A stretch of 64,000 nt of DNA, taken from contig CM120643.1 in assembly GCA_051362555.1 (NCBI GenBank), positions 11,444,644 through 11,508,643 on the forward strand, given 5' to 3'. The position numbers were made by a program, and so were the translations under genes. Positions 33,701 to 48,700 of this stretch are shown one piece after another (within the stretch, counting starts at the first letter, position 1; each line of letters starts with the position of its first letter). The notes under the pieces were generated by a model. It ran no database searches and was not told where the DNA came from. It saw nothing but the letters and a program-made list of their open reading frames with translations. Origin of the DNA: Lingula anatina (taxonomy: Eukaryota > Animalia > Brachiopoda).

Positions 33701-36700
33701 AACGGCTGTTTTTTAGATGCTTCTTCATAAAATCTCATTTAGTCAGGTGCAGAGAAGTCTTCCGAAGAGCAGATACAGAGTAACATTGCTTGTTCTTTTT
33801 TTTTTTACGTCACTGTGTTTTGAAAACATACACCTAGAAAACCACTAATGATAAAAAAAAATACGAATCTGTCTTTTGTACCCTATGAATAGAAATAAAA
33901 AATGTTGAAGTTGGCAATGTGTATAAAATGTCTAATCTAGTTGCCTAGCTAAGCAGCTGTTTTAAATAATGAATCAATATGATCCAGTTGAGTTGAAGAA
34001 TTGCAGTGGAATTGGAACAATAGATTTTCAATATCGCAGTCAATATAGCAAGGGAAGTTAATAGAGATTAATTTCAGTGCAGGCTATATGGGGCCTCTTA
34101 ATGAGGCACTTGGTATATATCTTAAAACAGGGTTGTAGAATATTACAGAAGTAACCAATCAGCAGTGCTACTAAACACATAGTTTGTCCTGGGTTCAATT
34201 GATTTATTTATTATTTATTAATTGTGTGTGTGTATGTGTGTGCAAGAAAGCTTTTCTATGAAAAATAAATTCAAGTTAAACACACATTTTTTGTTTATTT
34301 AGGGAATAGGGCTTAAGACGTAAAGTTATATCTGATTGATAGTGTGCAAAGATATAGCAGCTGTTAGCCAGACCAAAAGCTTTTGCAGTATCCATCCTCT
34401 ACATCAGAATCTTTTTAAAATGAATTTTAAAAATGAAATGATTCTCATTTTATAATGAAGAAATAAAGTAACACAGGATGCACAGGTATGTTGTGTTGCA
34501 AAATTGCAGCAAGATTTTCTTGTTGTTAAAGCTTGGGAAGGAGCACTGTATTTGGGGGTACATGGTCCCCTATAGGGTGTAAAATTATTCTCACAATGCT
34601 CCTTTTGTAACCAGGTATTGTGAATGAGAAGCCGGGTAATGGGGATTTGAGTGTTACATTGTGTGAGAGTCAGGTTCCTTTTGATGTTCTTTGTGGAGGA
34701 AAGATTGCAATTTGATTTTAACAGAAAGAGAGTTCCGTGCTGAATTTGTAGGGAAGTTTGCAAGATTAGAAACCACTTTGTTTGTCCTCTTTTGATGTTA
34801 TTATCCAAGGTAGAAGTCATTTGGCACTTTGGTGACACATTCCTAACTTGGGTGACAACATCTAGACAGATGTTGACTTTCAAGTAAGTCATTGTGTTTT
34901 TTTTTATTTGAAAATCATATGGAATGTGCATACTTGAAAGCCAAATGCAGTTTTATGTGGGGTCAGCCCACTGCTGTCAGTGACTGTTACAACAGAAGGA
35001 ATCAGTTTAAGTTACAAAAATATGAAACATTTATCATCTAAGAAATAGACTGTAGGAAAATGGTGAATGCACTCCTTTACCAGTAAGAGCGGAAGGACTC
35101 AATTTCCTTTATAAAGTCATTCAAGGCCGACATTAAATGACTGGAACTACCTTTCTATGTGAGATAGATCTTTTTCAAGTTGAGCATTTTTGCCATGGTG
35201 CCTGCCTCAGACATATAAATGTCACTCTTCATTATTTTGAAACAAGGAAGATATAAACTGCTCTCACTCCTTGCTTTCAATGCAGCACCTGGAAGTGTTT
35301 CATCAACTTTCTCCTACATAGTAGACTTGGGAGAGATAATTAATTCCTTTGATCTGAACGGCTGTGGTTAGTCTCTTCTGAGCAGTGGGGAGCACAGGTA
35401 ATTGACCGAGAGGAGGAGGATGATATTTTAAACATCAGTTGGTTTATATCCAGTGTGTGAAAGGAAAGAAATTAAACTTGAAATCTGCCTGTTGTTTTTA
35501 CCTGCACAATAACTTATGAAGGTGCAGTGTGAAAGACAAAATTGCACCTTATCTCTTTCAAGAGGTGAGATAATAAAGGTTAGAGTAATTTGTATATTCA
35601 GTGAGGTGATTACAAGTGACAAGTATCCTCAAAGAGATAGAAATCTAGCGGTCATTTGTTGTGGTCAGTTTTGTCCATGTTATCTTTATCTGTGACAAAC
35701 GATTATCTTTCCAAGTTGCTCAGGTGAATAATTGTTTGGGGAGGGGAGAATGTTGGTACCAGTGAAAAATAAACAGCAGTTGGTAAATTAAATGATGATT
35801 AAGTCCTGCTAAATGTTACATTTAATGTTGAAAAAGAGAAAATTATAATTGGATTTTTGCTAGTACTAGTAAGTATTTGAGTTTATCGTAGCATCAGTAA
35901 ATTATAATGTAAACTCATTTAAGAAATATGTCCCAAGTGCAGTTACTTTCAGAATATTGGACTATTGCTTTGTGATTTGCTCTACCATTTGTCCAGCATT
36001 GAAATACTGATCTAAATGCTTGATCAGATGTCCGATCAAGCATTTAGTTCAGCATTTCAGTGCTTGATCAGATGTCCTATGTGAGATGGCTGGTATAGCT
36101 GTATGACATTTGCAAGTTTAAAGTGCAGATAGGTACAGTACCAGTAAACTATGTTCCTTTGGGACTATTATTCATACTTCACAAGGGTTAAAAATCTTTC
36201 AAAACAAATTGCAAAATTTATTAGTAAGTTTGCTAAAAGTGAAGAACAGATCTGTGGAATTTTATTTGGCAAATCTTTTCACGTTCACGTCCCTCTCTTT
36301 GTGTGTGTTTGTGTACATGCGCAAGAGTGAACGTGCCTTTGTCAAGCAAGATTTTGTACACATTTTTCAAGTTACACTTTCAATGAGATGAATAAACAGT
36401 GGTCAAGACTTCCTTCAATAAAAAGTGAAGAGAAATATGTCGAGAGCAGCAGGGAAAAAGAATGTTAAGTAAAACGGTAGGTCAGTCATTGTGCTAGATT
36501 GGGTCATGTTCTGTGACAAGATTTTTTTTCTCCTTAGAGAAATTTTTTTTTGTGGTTTGGTTTAAGTTATTTATGAAGTGAGATTTAATGATTTGTGGCC
36601 AAGCCACTTCATAGCCATCATACAGCTTATCAAAAGAGTATCAGTAGATAAATCAGTGTTTGTCAGATTTATTATAATACATTTGTGTTGTGAGCTTTCA

Positions 36701-39700
36701 TTTTTGGTAGAACTGGAAATGTTTTTTTGGAAGAGATATATCTGTAAGTACCATCTGTCTTATGTCAAGATTCCAGTGGCACAAAATATAACTAAAATGT
36801 AACATGATGAAGTGCACTCATCATATTCATGAGCAATATATTGCAGATATATGTAAATTAAAAAACAATTATTAGTGACGACTACTGATTTCAGCAAGTT
36901 AACATCATATCATGTAGTGCAGTACGAAAGTACAATCACCCTTAGCTTTATTGAGGGGTTACTAGTATTGATTCAACAGGTAGATTAGGCAGTGGATATA
37001 GATGAACTGGGCATGTTATGCCATTGCTGTGAGCTTTATTGTGTATTGTTTGATATGTTTAAGACATGTTTAGATGGAATATTAATCTACTTCTGGAGGT
37101 GAACAAAAGCCTTTATGTGATGAATGGATCAGCTTAAATTGAAATTTGTTTGAAGAATGAAGACAAACGGAAATTGGGAAAGAAGACTGACACCTTGATT
37201 TAGGATTTCAGTTGGATTTAAGACACTTAAACTGAAGATTATTTTGCTTCTGTAACATTGTGAGGTGAATATATTTTGAACCTGTGATATTTCTATTCAT
37301 TGAAAGAATCACAACCTCTTCCTAATATCAAATAACATTGTTAGTGGCAGTGGCACTTTTTATTTATTTATTTTTTTTTTTGACAAATATATGCATACAT
37401 ACACTAGTATTCCTTCTTAATTTACCACAGTGTGGTATTTTGATTCTTTCCTCTTTGATTGTGTGGAACTTCCTCCCTCTTTTGTCCTTCCCTCACCCTA
37501 GATGACCTGTGATTTTCTGGTTGGTCAGCAGAATAAAAAGGACAAAAGTCAGATGCCATGGGGCGGGTGAGGGGGAAGGGGAAGGTAATACTCTCAACAA
37601 GAAACGTGGGTGGAAGTTGGTCAGTCAGATGTAGCTGCTGTACACATTGTGAAAATTTGTTTTCTAAGAAAACCACACTGATGCAAGAGAAGCAGTCTCC
37701 ATTGTCAGTTTACCAGCAGGGCATGATTTTTATGTGTGTGTGTGTGTGTGTGTGGGTGGGTGGAGGGGGAGGGGGGGGGAAATTGGGCAATTTGAGTGTG
37801 GGGAAGCAGTTGGGTTCTGTGACATGAGATAATGGAGCCATTCCAGTCAAAGGTATGATAGGTGTGGGTGTAGCACTACATGGTACGGCAGTGGAGAGTA
37901 GCGACAGTTGATATGAAAAGGGTCACATGCTTACATATTTAATTCTCACTTGAGACGAAGGAAATAAAAACTGTTCAGTTTCTTGTTGGTTCGTCATGTG
38001 TGATTGATTTGTTTTGAAAAACTGGGGGTCTCTCTGCCTAGGCAATGTCAGTAATGGTGGTCAGGTCGTTGACAAAGGAGGGAAGGGAAGTGAAGGGCAG
38101 AGACAGGGAGTGTAGAATGACACAGTGACAGTATTCACCAGGTACAGGGGTTGCGTGATGTGACGGGGATTATCTCTCTTGCGCGTTGGCGTGATGTGCC
38201 AAAAATACCGACCTTTATTAGACATGATAGCTGCAAGTCACGAAAACATTTCTAGAGTTGCATGTACTTCTGAAAACCACATTATGGTGAGGTGGTTAAG
38301 AAAAAAATAAGGGAATTTCTTCATATCATTATTATTGAGTGCCTGGTCTTTCAGTAAAAGAAGTGAATCTTTTTGAACAAAGTTAACAAATCCAAGCAGG
38401 TTCATTGGGTAAACTATTGCATGAGGTCCCGCGGGTATAAAAAGTTGATACAAGGTGAATGTTTAACCTGCATATCATCTTTTTCACATAGCAAGTGAAT
38501 TTATTTTATTTAATGGGAAAGCAGTCTGTTCCTTTGACTTTGTATAAACTGGTCACACGCTTCTTAAGCTATTCCCTCAGCTTGTGTGCAAGCAGTCAGA
38601 CTTAGCCATAGGCTTTTGTCTTGTCAAGGCTCCAACAGCACGTCAGTGATTTGATTTGAAACTGGGGCTTGGAGCTGAAATTCAATCCTACCTCTCCCCA
38701 TATGAATATGATTAAGTTGGAAGGGAAAATATTGTTATTAATTTCCCCCAGCTCAGCTGGGAACACAATCAGAGCGCCTATAAATTGCCTCCTCATATGG
38801 GTCTCACATTGTTTCAGTTGATTTGTCTTCGACTAGGAGGTCACGGGTTCCATAGGAAACAGCTGAATGCTCAAAGATTGTAATGCCCCTTGCATTGCTG
38901 GTGATGGCATGCGGGGATTTGTGACTGAACTCAATGTATGCCACTACATGCACATGTGCATGGCCCGCAGAGAGTAGGGGTGGAAATCTATCACTTATAC
39001 GGTCCGTGGCCAGGGGTAGAAATGTGGGAGTATTTATCGCCAGTTTAATCTTAATGCATGCATATTCACAATTCAAAGTCTGAAATATAGACAGTATGAC
39101 TACCAAACTTTCAATTGGTTTGTTATTGCCAAAAGAAAATAATGAAAACCTATCCAAATCCTTTACCAAAGGGGGGGGGGGGGGTAAAAACTAAGAGACA
39201 GTCATGTTTGCATCATGTAGTCTATCCTAAATATATTCTTAATGGCTGTTTGTTTCCTAAGAAACTCTTTGTGGGATGGAGAAAGAGGGAAAAAAAATAA
39301 ATAAAACTGTGAACCTTTCCCTTTCTTGATGTCTGGGATCTGCTGGCGTCCAAGATCTTCAAGCTTGGGGAGCACTACTGCTGAGTGTACTACCCCTCAT
39401 TGGTAACCCTGGGAAATACACGTTACCTGACTTGTGCTGTGGTTAATTGTGAACTAATCTAAATTGACTGGTTTGAACATAACTGAGACACATACTATGC
39501 TGTTGGTGCCTGGCGTAACTCATTCAGTTCAAGTTCATTGGCCTCAGCTGATGAGGACAACCTTTGCTAGTCTGTAGGTGTGAGGTGAAACATTGTCTAT
39601 CAGACTGTTATCCATGGCCCTGTCCTCTTTACATAGAATACAGAGCCCCATGGATGCTAAACAATGAGAAACGGTTCTGAGCAGTCCTAGTAATTTCATG

Positions 39701-42700
39701 ACAAATTCTCCACATTCCTGGCCTGAACTTGTGACAGTGTGGCCAGGTAGGGAGCATGGAAATGGTGCAAGTGTCCTGATAATCAGGGGACTAAGAAAAA
39801 ATGTGGGTTTTCTACTGTAACAGAGCTCGGAGAGTAGACTGCTACATGACTGGTATCAGGTAGAAGCTGTAACTTCTGATTTTCTTCTCACACTTCACTG
39901 GCTGCCAGACTCCAGTCAGTGCTCTTGGTCCTTTGTACTAATAGAGCTGCCTTCAACCTGCCAGAATTATATACTTGTAGGCAAGCAGGGTTTGGTTCAA
40001 GTTTTACTGTCATATTGCATGATGCAAATGTGTTTAATGTGGATGATTGGCGAGATGAGATTGAGTAGAACAGGGCACTTAAATGCTATTACAAACTCAC
40101 TGAATAAGCTGGAATGTAATAGAACTTGTAGTAAGCGTAGTCAGGATTTAGTTTGTTTTTCCTCTATAATTTTATTCTTAACATGATGTTGGGGACATGC
40201 TCTTGCATTGGGGTTGATTGGAGAAACCCTGTACTAGTATTTGTGTTTAAGCATGATCTGGATTGTTGTTTTAATTGTTTTCTCTGGATCAGCTGTGTAA
40301 GTGTTTAAGTGTATCTGTATCAGGTTTCCAGTTATACAAAATGAATTTTTCTTCCTTCTTTTTGCAAACGGGATAGGGATTTGGTTGGAACTAAAGCAGT
40401 TTATCCCACATTATTCTGATGGCTAATGTCTGAAGTTCAGTTATTATTAGCTGTGCAGGGTACAGCTGCCTTTTCTCTGCTCAGTGTCTGGCAGAATTTG
40501 GAGTCAAAGAGTTTACATGCTCCATACAGCCTGTTGGCTTAGACATTTTAGGAAAGCTGTGCAGACTCGAGAGAGGGAGGGATATATGTTTTCACTGTTT
40601 TACTCCAGTCAAAATTGACTTGAGAATGAACTAAATGTTGTAGATGGGATTGTCTGTATCCCTAAGATGACTGTGGGAATCTTTGTACCCCCCTTTTTTT
40701 TGTTCGAAATCAATTAACCATATTGTAGAGACATGGATGGAGGAAAGGTATAAACCCTGTTACAGTAAACAAATGTGTTCGTTTTTCATAAATATTGGAA
40801 ATGCATTTTTGATAAAACTGAAAAGGTGCTTTGAGAAACTGGTTTCAACAGGTCCAGTATGGTTAAGTGAAGTAAGTTAAGGACATCCAATTTAGATGAA
40901 TGTGCTAATGGCCCTCTCCTCCAACCAGGAAGGTTCACTGGGTACAGGTCACTCCCTCATCCTTTAAGTCGGTACCATCCCAAGCCTTTGGTCATCTCAA
41001 TCTAGTGGTCACTGTGTAAACACTAACCAATCAATCCAAGATAATCTAATCTCTGGACGAGGTCAGCTCTTTGTAGTGGACCTCTTTATCTTGGTCCAGG
41101 AATTTTACCTGTGTAATATTACATAGTGTTGACCAATTAGGTGATCAGGTAAGATTAAGCAGTATTAGGTCTTTGTATTAGAGACCCCTTGTTGAACTAT
41201 TTCTCTTTGTTGGGTTGAGATTTGCATTTGTGCCGTTTTCTAGAGGGGCCATTTTGGTACACTTCAGACTGTATGTTTCCCCTATTTCTGGAGGTGGTTG
41301 TGCAGTTTTCTCGCACCCTTCATTCTTTTTACAGTTTAAAAATATTCTTAACTGGTACACATTTTATGCATGCAAATGACCAGTCACAGCTAGCCGAAAT
41401 AGTAACACTAAATGTTCAGTATCTGGACTCAAATCGGACTTCACATACAATGCCCAGCACAGGAATTTGAAATCTGATGATTACATATAAATGTCCAACA
41501 TTTCTGGCACTTTTCATCTCTTATTCTTTTGGCTGTATTAGAACTGTTCTTGGTAGCATGCTGATGTCCAGTCAAAACCAAATACTGTAAATGTTATACA
41601 AAATATTTGGGATCTGGTCTCACATCTGACCACATGATCATTGCACAACACAGACATTTCACAGCCTAGTCTATATATATGCAAATTTACAGCACTATTA
41701 ATCTGTCATCAGAGCCTAAGCCATAGTAAAGTTTGGCGTATCACACACAGACTGTAATTGAGAAACAATAGACCTGGTGATTGACTCTTTCTTGTCATTA
41801 CATGCAGCCCAGATAACCCTCCAGTGACCTCTTGCTTTTATTAGTACACTGAATTTTGTCTGAATGCTGCATGATGTTATTTACAATATGGATTCATCTT
41901 TGAGTTGACCTGGAGATGTTTGTGCGAAGGAAATGTTTTTTTCTGCTGGATTACTTGATGGTTGGGGTTAGGCATTAAAAGTCATACTACATACAGTTAA
42001 TAAAGATGTGTAAATTGCAGTAGAGATGAGTAAATTCCAATTTTGTAGTGTACTTCAGTACATTTATCCTTGCTATTTTGATAGGTGCTTGGAAAAAATA
42101 AGGCCAGGTCACCTTTTTTTGGAAAACATGATCAAAGTCATTACTTTCTCTTCAGCGATGCAGTGGCAGTCTTTTTTCCCTCTTTGAAATGAGTATGAAC
42201 TGCTACTTCTAGTAGGAAGTTGCGTGTTGCTCAGTGCTAAACTAGTCTGCAGGACTTGTAGCCTAAGGACTTTGCTGTTTACAAGAAAAAAAAGACACTA
42301 GAAAAAGCCAAAAACTTGAAAAAACCTAATCCTCCTCAATCACAATCCAAAGAGACAGTGTTCCCAAAGGACTTAAAAGGTTTACAACTTTCAAAAAGCA
42401 TTAAAACAACACGTGAGAACAGTCTTCAAAGGGACCCTTGTGCAGGGACAGTGGATTGAAGTGAGGTAGGGCAATGGAGAGGGATTTTCTCACACACTGG
42501 TAATCTCCTCTTCAGCAGGTGCACACACACATACACACACGGGCCATTCTTCCCCCGCTTTTGTCACCATGCCTGCTAAGACAACGACTGGCTTTGTTGG
42601 TATCAAAGCTTACCTGACACTTTACCTAGCCTTGATGCTTTATGTGGTTATTGACAGAGATTTGCTGAAATGGTTGCTCATCCTGATTCTTGGGCACCTG

Positions 42701-45700
42701 CGAGACTGTCTGTGATGGAAATGTTAGCTGTCTTTTGTGGTGATATTTTTTTAGCTGTCGGATTGGGTACATGCAAGATCTATGGACCTGAAACGAGTTC
42801 TCCCAGGAGTGATTTTGTAATTGAAATTAAATACTGAAAATCTTCTGAATCATTTGGGAGATCTCTTCGAGTGGACTAACATTAATCATGAATGTTAATC
42901 AATAAAATCACTCGTTCAAACTGATAACTGTGGAAGCCATTCAATACTTTCATAGTAGTAAAATGTAGATCAATCAGCTAGCCAGCTGTAACAGGTTTAT
43001 GGGGATGCCTTAGTATCCTCATCATAGTTTATTGTTGATAGTATAAAGAGTGATGCAAATATCAATTCACTCTCCATCTGTTTCAGTATTATCGTTTCCT
43101 AATCCATAAACACCCAAAGTGTCATTCTTCTGGTTAAGAATCAATTTGTTTGCAGAAGTGTGATGGAAATATCACAATTCTTGATTTCAACTCACAACTG
43201 ACAGGCTGCACTACACTGGCTTGTTTGGCGTGAGCCTGGATCAGCACAGTGACTAGATTGACTATATTTGTTGGCCTGGCAGTTTTTACAATGAACCACC
43301 TCAGCATGTTCCCTACCTGTAAAATCTTGCTGCTGATGTGTAGAAACTCTGAGCATGCAAGTGTACCATTTGGATCCGTTTCTATACGAGTCAGTCTGCA
43401 GTGTGTGAACGCTACTTAAAAAGAGGAGATGGCACACCCGCCTAATCAATATGAAGAGTCAAACAGTATGTCCTGAAAAAACCTTGGCTTTGTGCAGTGA
43501 TCTATGGCTGTGTATATTAGTGAGCAATAAGAGCAGTGTAAACAGTCACATTGTGGTGTGACAGGTGATGTATAATGGAATGGAGACACCTCTCTCCTCT
43601 AGAGATAACATTGTTCTGGCTGTTTGGTTTCCTGCCTGGGATAACTCAGTGCTGGGTCTGGAACCAAGGCGCGTTTACAACCCACCAGGCCTAGAACGAA
43701 ATTTGGTCTTACTAACACCACTTGATGAATAGATTATTTGTAACAAAATAGGCCATTTGGTGATGCTAGTTTGACGCGTTGAAAAGTTGAAACAGTTTTT
43801 GGCTTCCCAAATTAATGTTAACTTACTAGTACATGAAATTAAGTTTTTGTATTTACAGAAATTTACAAAAAAAAAAAAAAAATCCCCTTTGAACATCTAT
43901 TAAAATGAATAAAAGCAGCAGATCTGTTAATGATGCATGTTATTGAAACAGCCATCTTCTGTTTAATGAACCCCCATTTATTTTAATTTTAGGATGTTTT
44001 TATACTAGAATTGAAACTTGCCTTTTTATACACTGAATTTTATAAAATATGCTTAGTAACATTTTTATTTGTGGTATGGAATACCTTGGATATTATATTG
44101 TGTAAATATGTCAAAAATATGGATTGAGTTTTGTTGACGTTAACCAGCCATATACCACAGATCAATAAGTTTCAGTAGAGTGAGAACTTATATGGCATCC
44201 TTCACAGAAAAGAACTGGTAGAATGAACAGTGCTGGAAGTGACCCAGACAACACAGTTTTGCCTTATTTTAAAGTGTGCAGAAAGGGACCAAAAGCAAAT
44301 TGTTTCTATGGTAAATAAATAACAAAAATAGAATTGGCCACTGAGTCATCTCCCAGTACATTTCCAGAGCTGAGGGTGCCGTGGCTTGAGGTGACCTCTC
44401 TGGTGATGGAGTTTTAGTGCACACAAGGTTTGCCTTCGTTCTAATCAGAAAACAAAAATAGCAAATTCTGCTTTTTGCCAACTTGAGCAGGATTTATGAG
44501 AAAAGGGAAGGAAAGGAAGGGGCTTTCAGACTTGATCAGTCTCCACAAAAGAGGAGAAACTCATTTTCAGATCGATTCTTTAAATATGAAGATTCAAATT
44601 TGTTCAGCACTTATATGTGGTAATTATTTTAAATGTGTTATAGTAATCCAAGCGTAATGAGTTATAATGTGAAGTTGATTGCCTTTGGAAAAAGTCAGTA
44701 ATGGCACATTTTGACAAAATTTGCAGTTTTGTAAGGTAATGGATATTTTGGTTTCTTTTTACCAAACAAGGATGCCATATGTCTGTTGGCCTTTTGATGA
44801 ACAGGAAAGAAAATATGGGAAACATACTAATCATAAAGGCATTGAGATGATTTTGAAGCAAGAATTTTGTAATCTCCACATCCCAATAAGAGAGGTGTAT
44901 CTCAAACTGCAAGTGTACTGGCAGGCAGACATCTTTCCCTGCATGCCCCCTGTACTTGATATGAGGCAGACCTGGAGATGGTTCATGTTGCTCTGTTAGA
45001 CAGCCAGACAACTCGATGCAACACTGGGGAAACTCTATACAAATATGATTTTTGGCATCCCAGTGCGGCTCGAGTTCTGTCTGGGTCCCGAAGAGAAAAC
45101 ACTAATTACTCCAGAAATCTGACTTTGATTATAATCAAAGCTTCCTTATTGCTTCTTAGCTGGAAGGTAAACAGAAATAAACTTTTGGCTTATTATTTTT
45201 CTCTCCAGTCACCCGTGCTGTCAAGGCTGCATATGCTTTGGAATTGTATTGATTACCTTTAGTTTACCAATGTTGGTTTGGGGTGGTAACTTACTAACAT
45301 GGCTACAGTTATAAATATGTTAGGTTTGGCATTGTGTGGAGACAAAAATAATATTTTGACTTCAGTGCATGAAGGTCACGGTCGTGGGTGAAATATGGCT
45401 TATACTCCTACACAGGGGATAAATCACCTCTGATTAGGATTTGTAAGGTTGTGTTTTGGCACTCTCTCAGGTGTTGGTTTTGAAGGTTTTTGTTATTGAA
45501 TAGAAAAGAAAAAGTTTGGTTGTGCCTCTTATTGATACGTATTCTTAATAAAACAGTGTATTGTAAACATGGTCTAATTACTGGCAACTCCTTGATTTGA
45601 TAAAATCTTAGTTTTTCTCTTTTGCCTTTTTTTATAACTTGAATTTTTTGTTGCCTATGGCAAAATGTGATATTGAAAACTTTCTGTTTTCACTTCATGT

Positions 45701-48700
45701 TAGAACTAGTTATGTTAGTCTTCTATTCCGTTCAGCATGTAGTTTGTTTTCACGGCCCCAAAGAGCACCGTGAGGCACCCAGTGCCATGGTGTTAACCCC
45801 TTGGAATTAAAAAACATAAACTGTAATGGATCTCCTCAAAGACCTCGTAGGCATCTTTTATTTTTTTCAATTTGTGCAATTTGAGACACTCCAAAGAGAT
45901 GCGTTTCCTAGTGAAGTCAGTGGAGACCTGGGGTTAGCTTTACAAAATAACTTCAGTCCAAAAATTTTCTTTCTTGTTATAAAACATGCACAGTATTTCA
46001 TTTCATTAGACTTCCCCTGATTTGATAAAGGGGACTTGAATTTTGGCATTACAATTTCTAGCTAATGTTGCTTTGTGAAAGATCCCCTTGGCCTACAAAG
46101 TGTCCTTGGTATAACACCATCCCCTTTTCCTGTTATCATGTTCTTTTGAACCTGCTTTCACCAAAGGTACCAAATTAGCAACCGGGAGAGCTAAATATAG
46201 CCTGAGGTCTTAAACAGTGCCACCCTTACGAAGTATGTGACCACAAGAGATAAGATATAGACATCTTATGGGACACTCAGAATGGATGTATGTGTGTTCA
46301 GTGTAATGTCAATATGAGGTGCTGGTGGGAAATGGCTGGCTGGGTCAGTGCACCCTCTACCAGGGTCGTAGATAATTATATGCACTTTTTTTCCACTGCA
46401 TGGGGAAAGTGCCATCCTTTATCTAGAGACATATCTGTAAATATCGAATGAAAAATCAATCTGTGGGCCTGGTAGAGGGAAGGGTTGGTGCAAGGTAGGG
46501 CAGGTGTGCAGTGGATTACCTTGGAAGGATGGGTGGGTGGGTGGGTGGGGTAGGGGGGAATGGTGAGTGACTCTGATGGGAAGGGTCAACACGTGCTAGC
46601 AAATGTTTTTCTTTCTTCTGTGAACATCTCAACTTTGTTTTAGGTTGTGAACATTCAGTAGTTGGTATTTCCTCTGTCTCTTGATATTCAGCATCTTTTT
46701 TGCTCTTTTGCTGAAAACACTTGTTGGTTCTAGCTAGTTTTTTCTCAAGAGAAGAATGATAAATAATTCCACGCAGGTTTGCTAATCGTTGTTTGGGCAA
46801 TTGGGTAGAGTCCCTATCTGGTTTGTATCTAAATGTGTTGTGAAAGAAGTGAACTGGTGCAAGAAGCCTAAGAAAACTGTCTAGCTTACTGTTATGGAGA
46901 TCTTTTCTCTCTGAAATGATGATTCCAACTAGCTTATGACAAAAGAATAATTGAAGTGGCAAAAAAACAAGAAAATTATTTTAACTATATGTGTCACTGG
47001 ATCTGTAATTGGCCACTTGCATTGGTAAAGCATTGTCTTGTTAGCTAAAAAGAATGTAGACCAATGAACCTGATCGATTGCTATTTGTATTGTCAGATCA
47101 ATAAGACTGGATGTTTCCCTCAACTGAGCCACTGAACTTGACACTGACCCAATTTTTTTTTTTTTTTTTTTTTTGGCATAAGGTAGAAAAAAATACTTAA
47201 ACCCTTCAAGTCCAGGTAACTTTTTTATTCCTACTGCAAATCAGAGGTTATATTTTTCAGTGCATACTTTTCCGTTCTCTGCCGGAGGGTTGGATTAGGA
47301 ATTTGTGATGAAAACAGATTTTGAGAAAAGTTATCCTTCCCTCTTGGGGTGTCTGGTCTCCCTGTCGTTGGGTTCAAACCTCTCAGGTTGGCAGTTGAGT
47401 GTGTTTAAATAAGCTCCTGTTGTCTTTGAATTGTGGGGTTTTGTTCACAGTTCGACCCCTGCTTGGAAGGTTAGATCCTCTACCATTGTGTTCATACACT
47501 CTCGCCATTGTGTTCCATCTGCCCGGGGGAAAGTTGAATAAAGGGCTGGACAAATACCGCAGCTTTTAGCACTGTTTGCCGACAGCTTTTGGGACGGCAG
47601 AATTAAGATGCTGAAGAATTCTGTCACTTAAGTTTAGTTAAATAACTGTTGATTTTTGAACAGGTTATATATTGTCCATGTTTTTTTTTTTTTTTGTTTT
47701 TTTCTTTTAAAGTGACGAACAGGTCATATCATTCATGATTTTGCATTTTAAGTGATATAGGTACAAAATTTGATTGTAAATAAAACAGCTCTTTTTAAGC
47801 TTAGTGCATTATGTATGTAATATATTTGAGGTTTTCAATGTGTAGCAGGATTTGATGCTTTGTAACTGTTATCCATTTTGTCAACAGATCTTGGCTTTTC
47901 CTTTTTTACAGTAAAACGAGGATATCTTGTAGGTGTGATTATAATTTCAATGAAAAGCCCATTTCAAGATCTCTGCAACTCTTGGTTATAGTCCGTTTAT
48001 GTTTCAAGTAAGATACAGGATATTAATGCTGTACATGGAAGATCATATGTGTCAGCATAAGATTAGTTTTGTTATTGATGGTCAATTTGTGGAAAGTCAT
48101 TTACACACAGTGTGCCATAGGCTGTTGTTGTGTTCAGAAAGTTTTGTACAGCAGAAGAATAAATTTCCTTACTGTGGGGGAAGTTTAGGTAAGAATGACT
48201 CAATGATGGTTGACACACTCGGGGTGAGGAAAGTTCATCTTGAGGTGCTGATAGAACTTATGATGCACTTTTTCCCAACTGACTCACTGTAATCCTTCGT
48301 GGTGCTTGTTGGTTTAAAAGAGCAATTCTGACACTTTGTTAATCGATGATATCAACACATAGGGTAGTATTTGTGATGTTACCACATTTAACCGTGTAAT
48401 ATCAATTGAGACCGTCAAACAGGATTGCTGGCCAATTTTTCTGTTAAAGCCATAAAAAGTCAGCTCTGTTGCTTGAGTATCGAATGAGTTGATATTAAAG
48501 TTCTCTTAAATCAGTCACATTGGCAAAAGGGATGTGAATTGGGATGTTATTTTGTGGAGATACATATATAAGGGGGAAAAACTTGTTCCTGCAAGGGGTG
48601 TTAAGCTGGCAGTAAGTTATAGCATCTACCAAGGTTTCTGCCACCTTAATGTCTCTTCACTTCCCATGTTAAATGTCTGCCTGCTGTGTTCTTGTTATGG

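Noticed and set aside
34404-34931. 175-aa minus-strand ORF in the PSKH intron
   Set aside because: No recognisable domain, and composition typical of translated AT-rich non-coding DNA.
44604-45262. Overlapping ORFs on both strands
   Set aside because: No motifs and no splice structure; consistent with chance ORFs.
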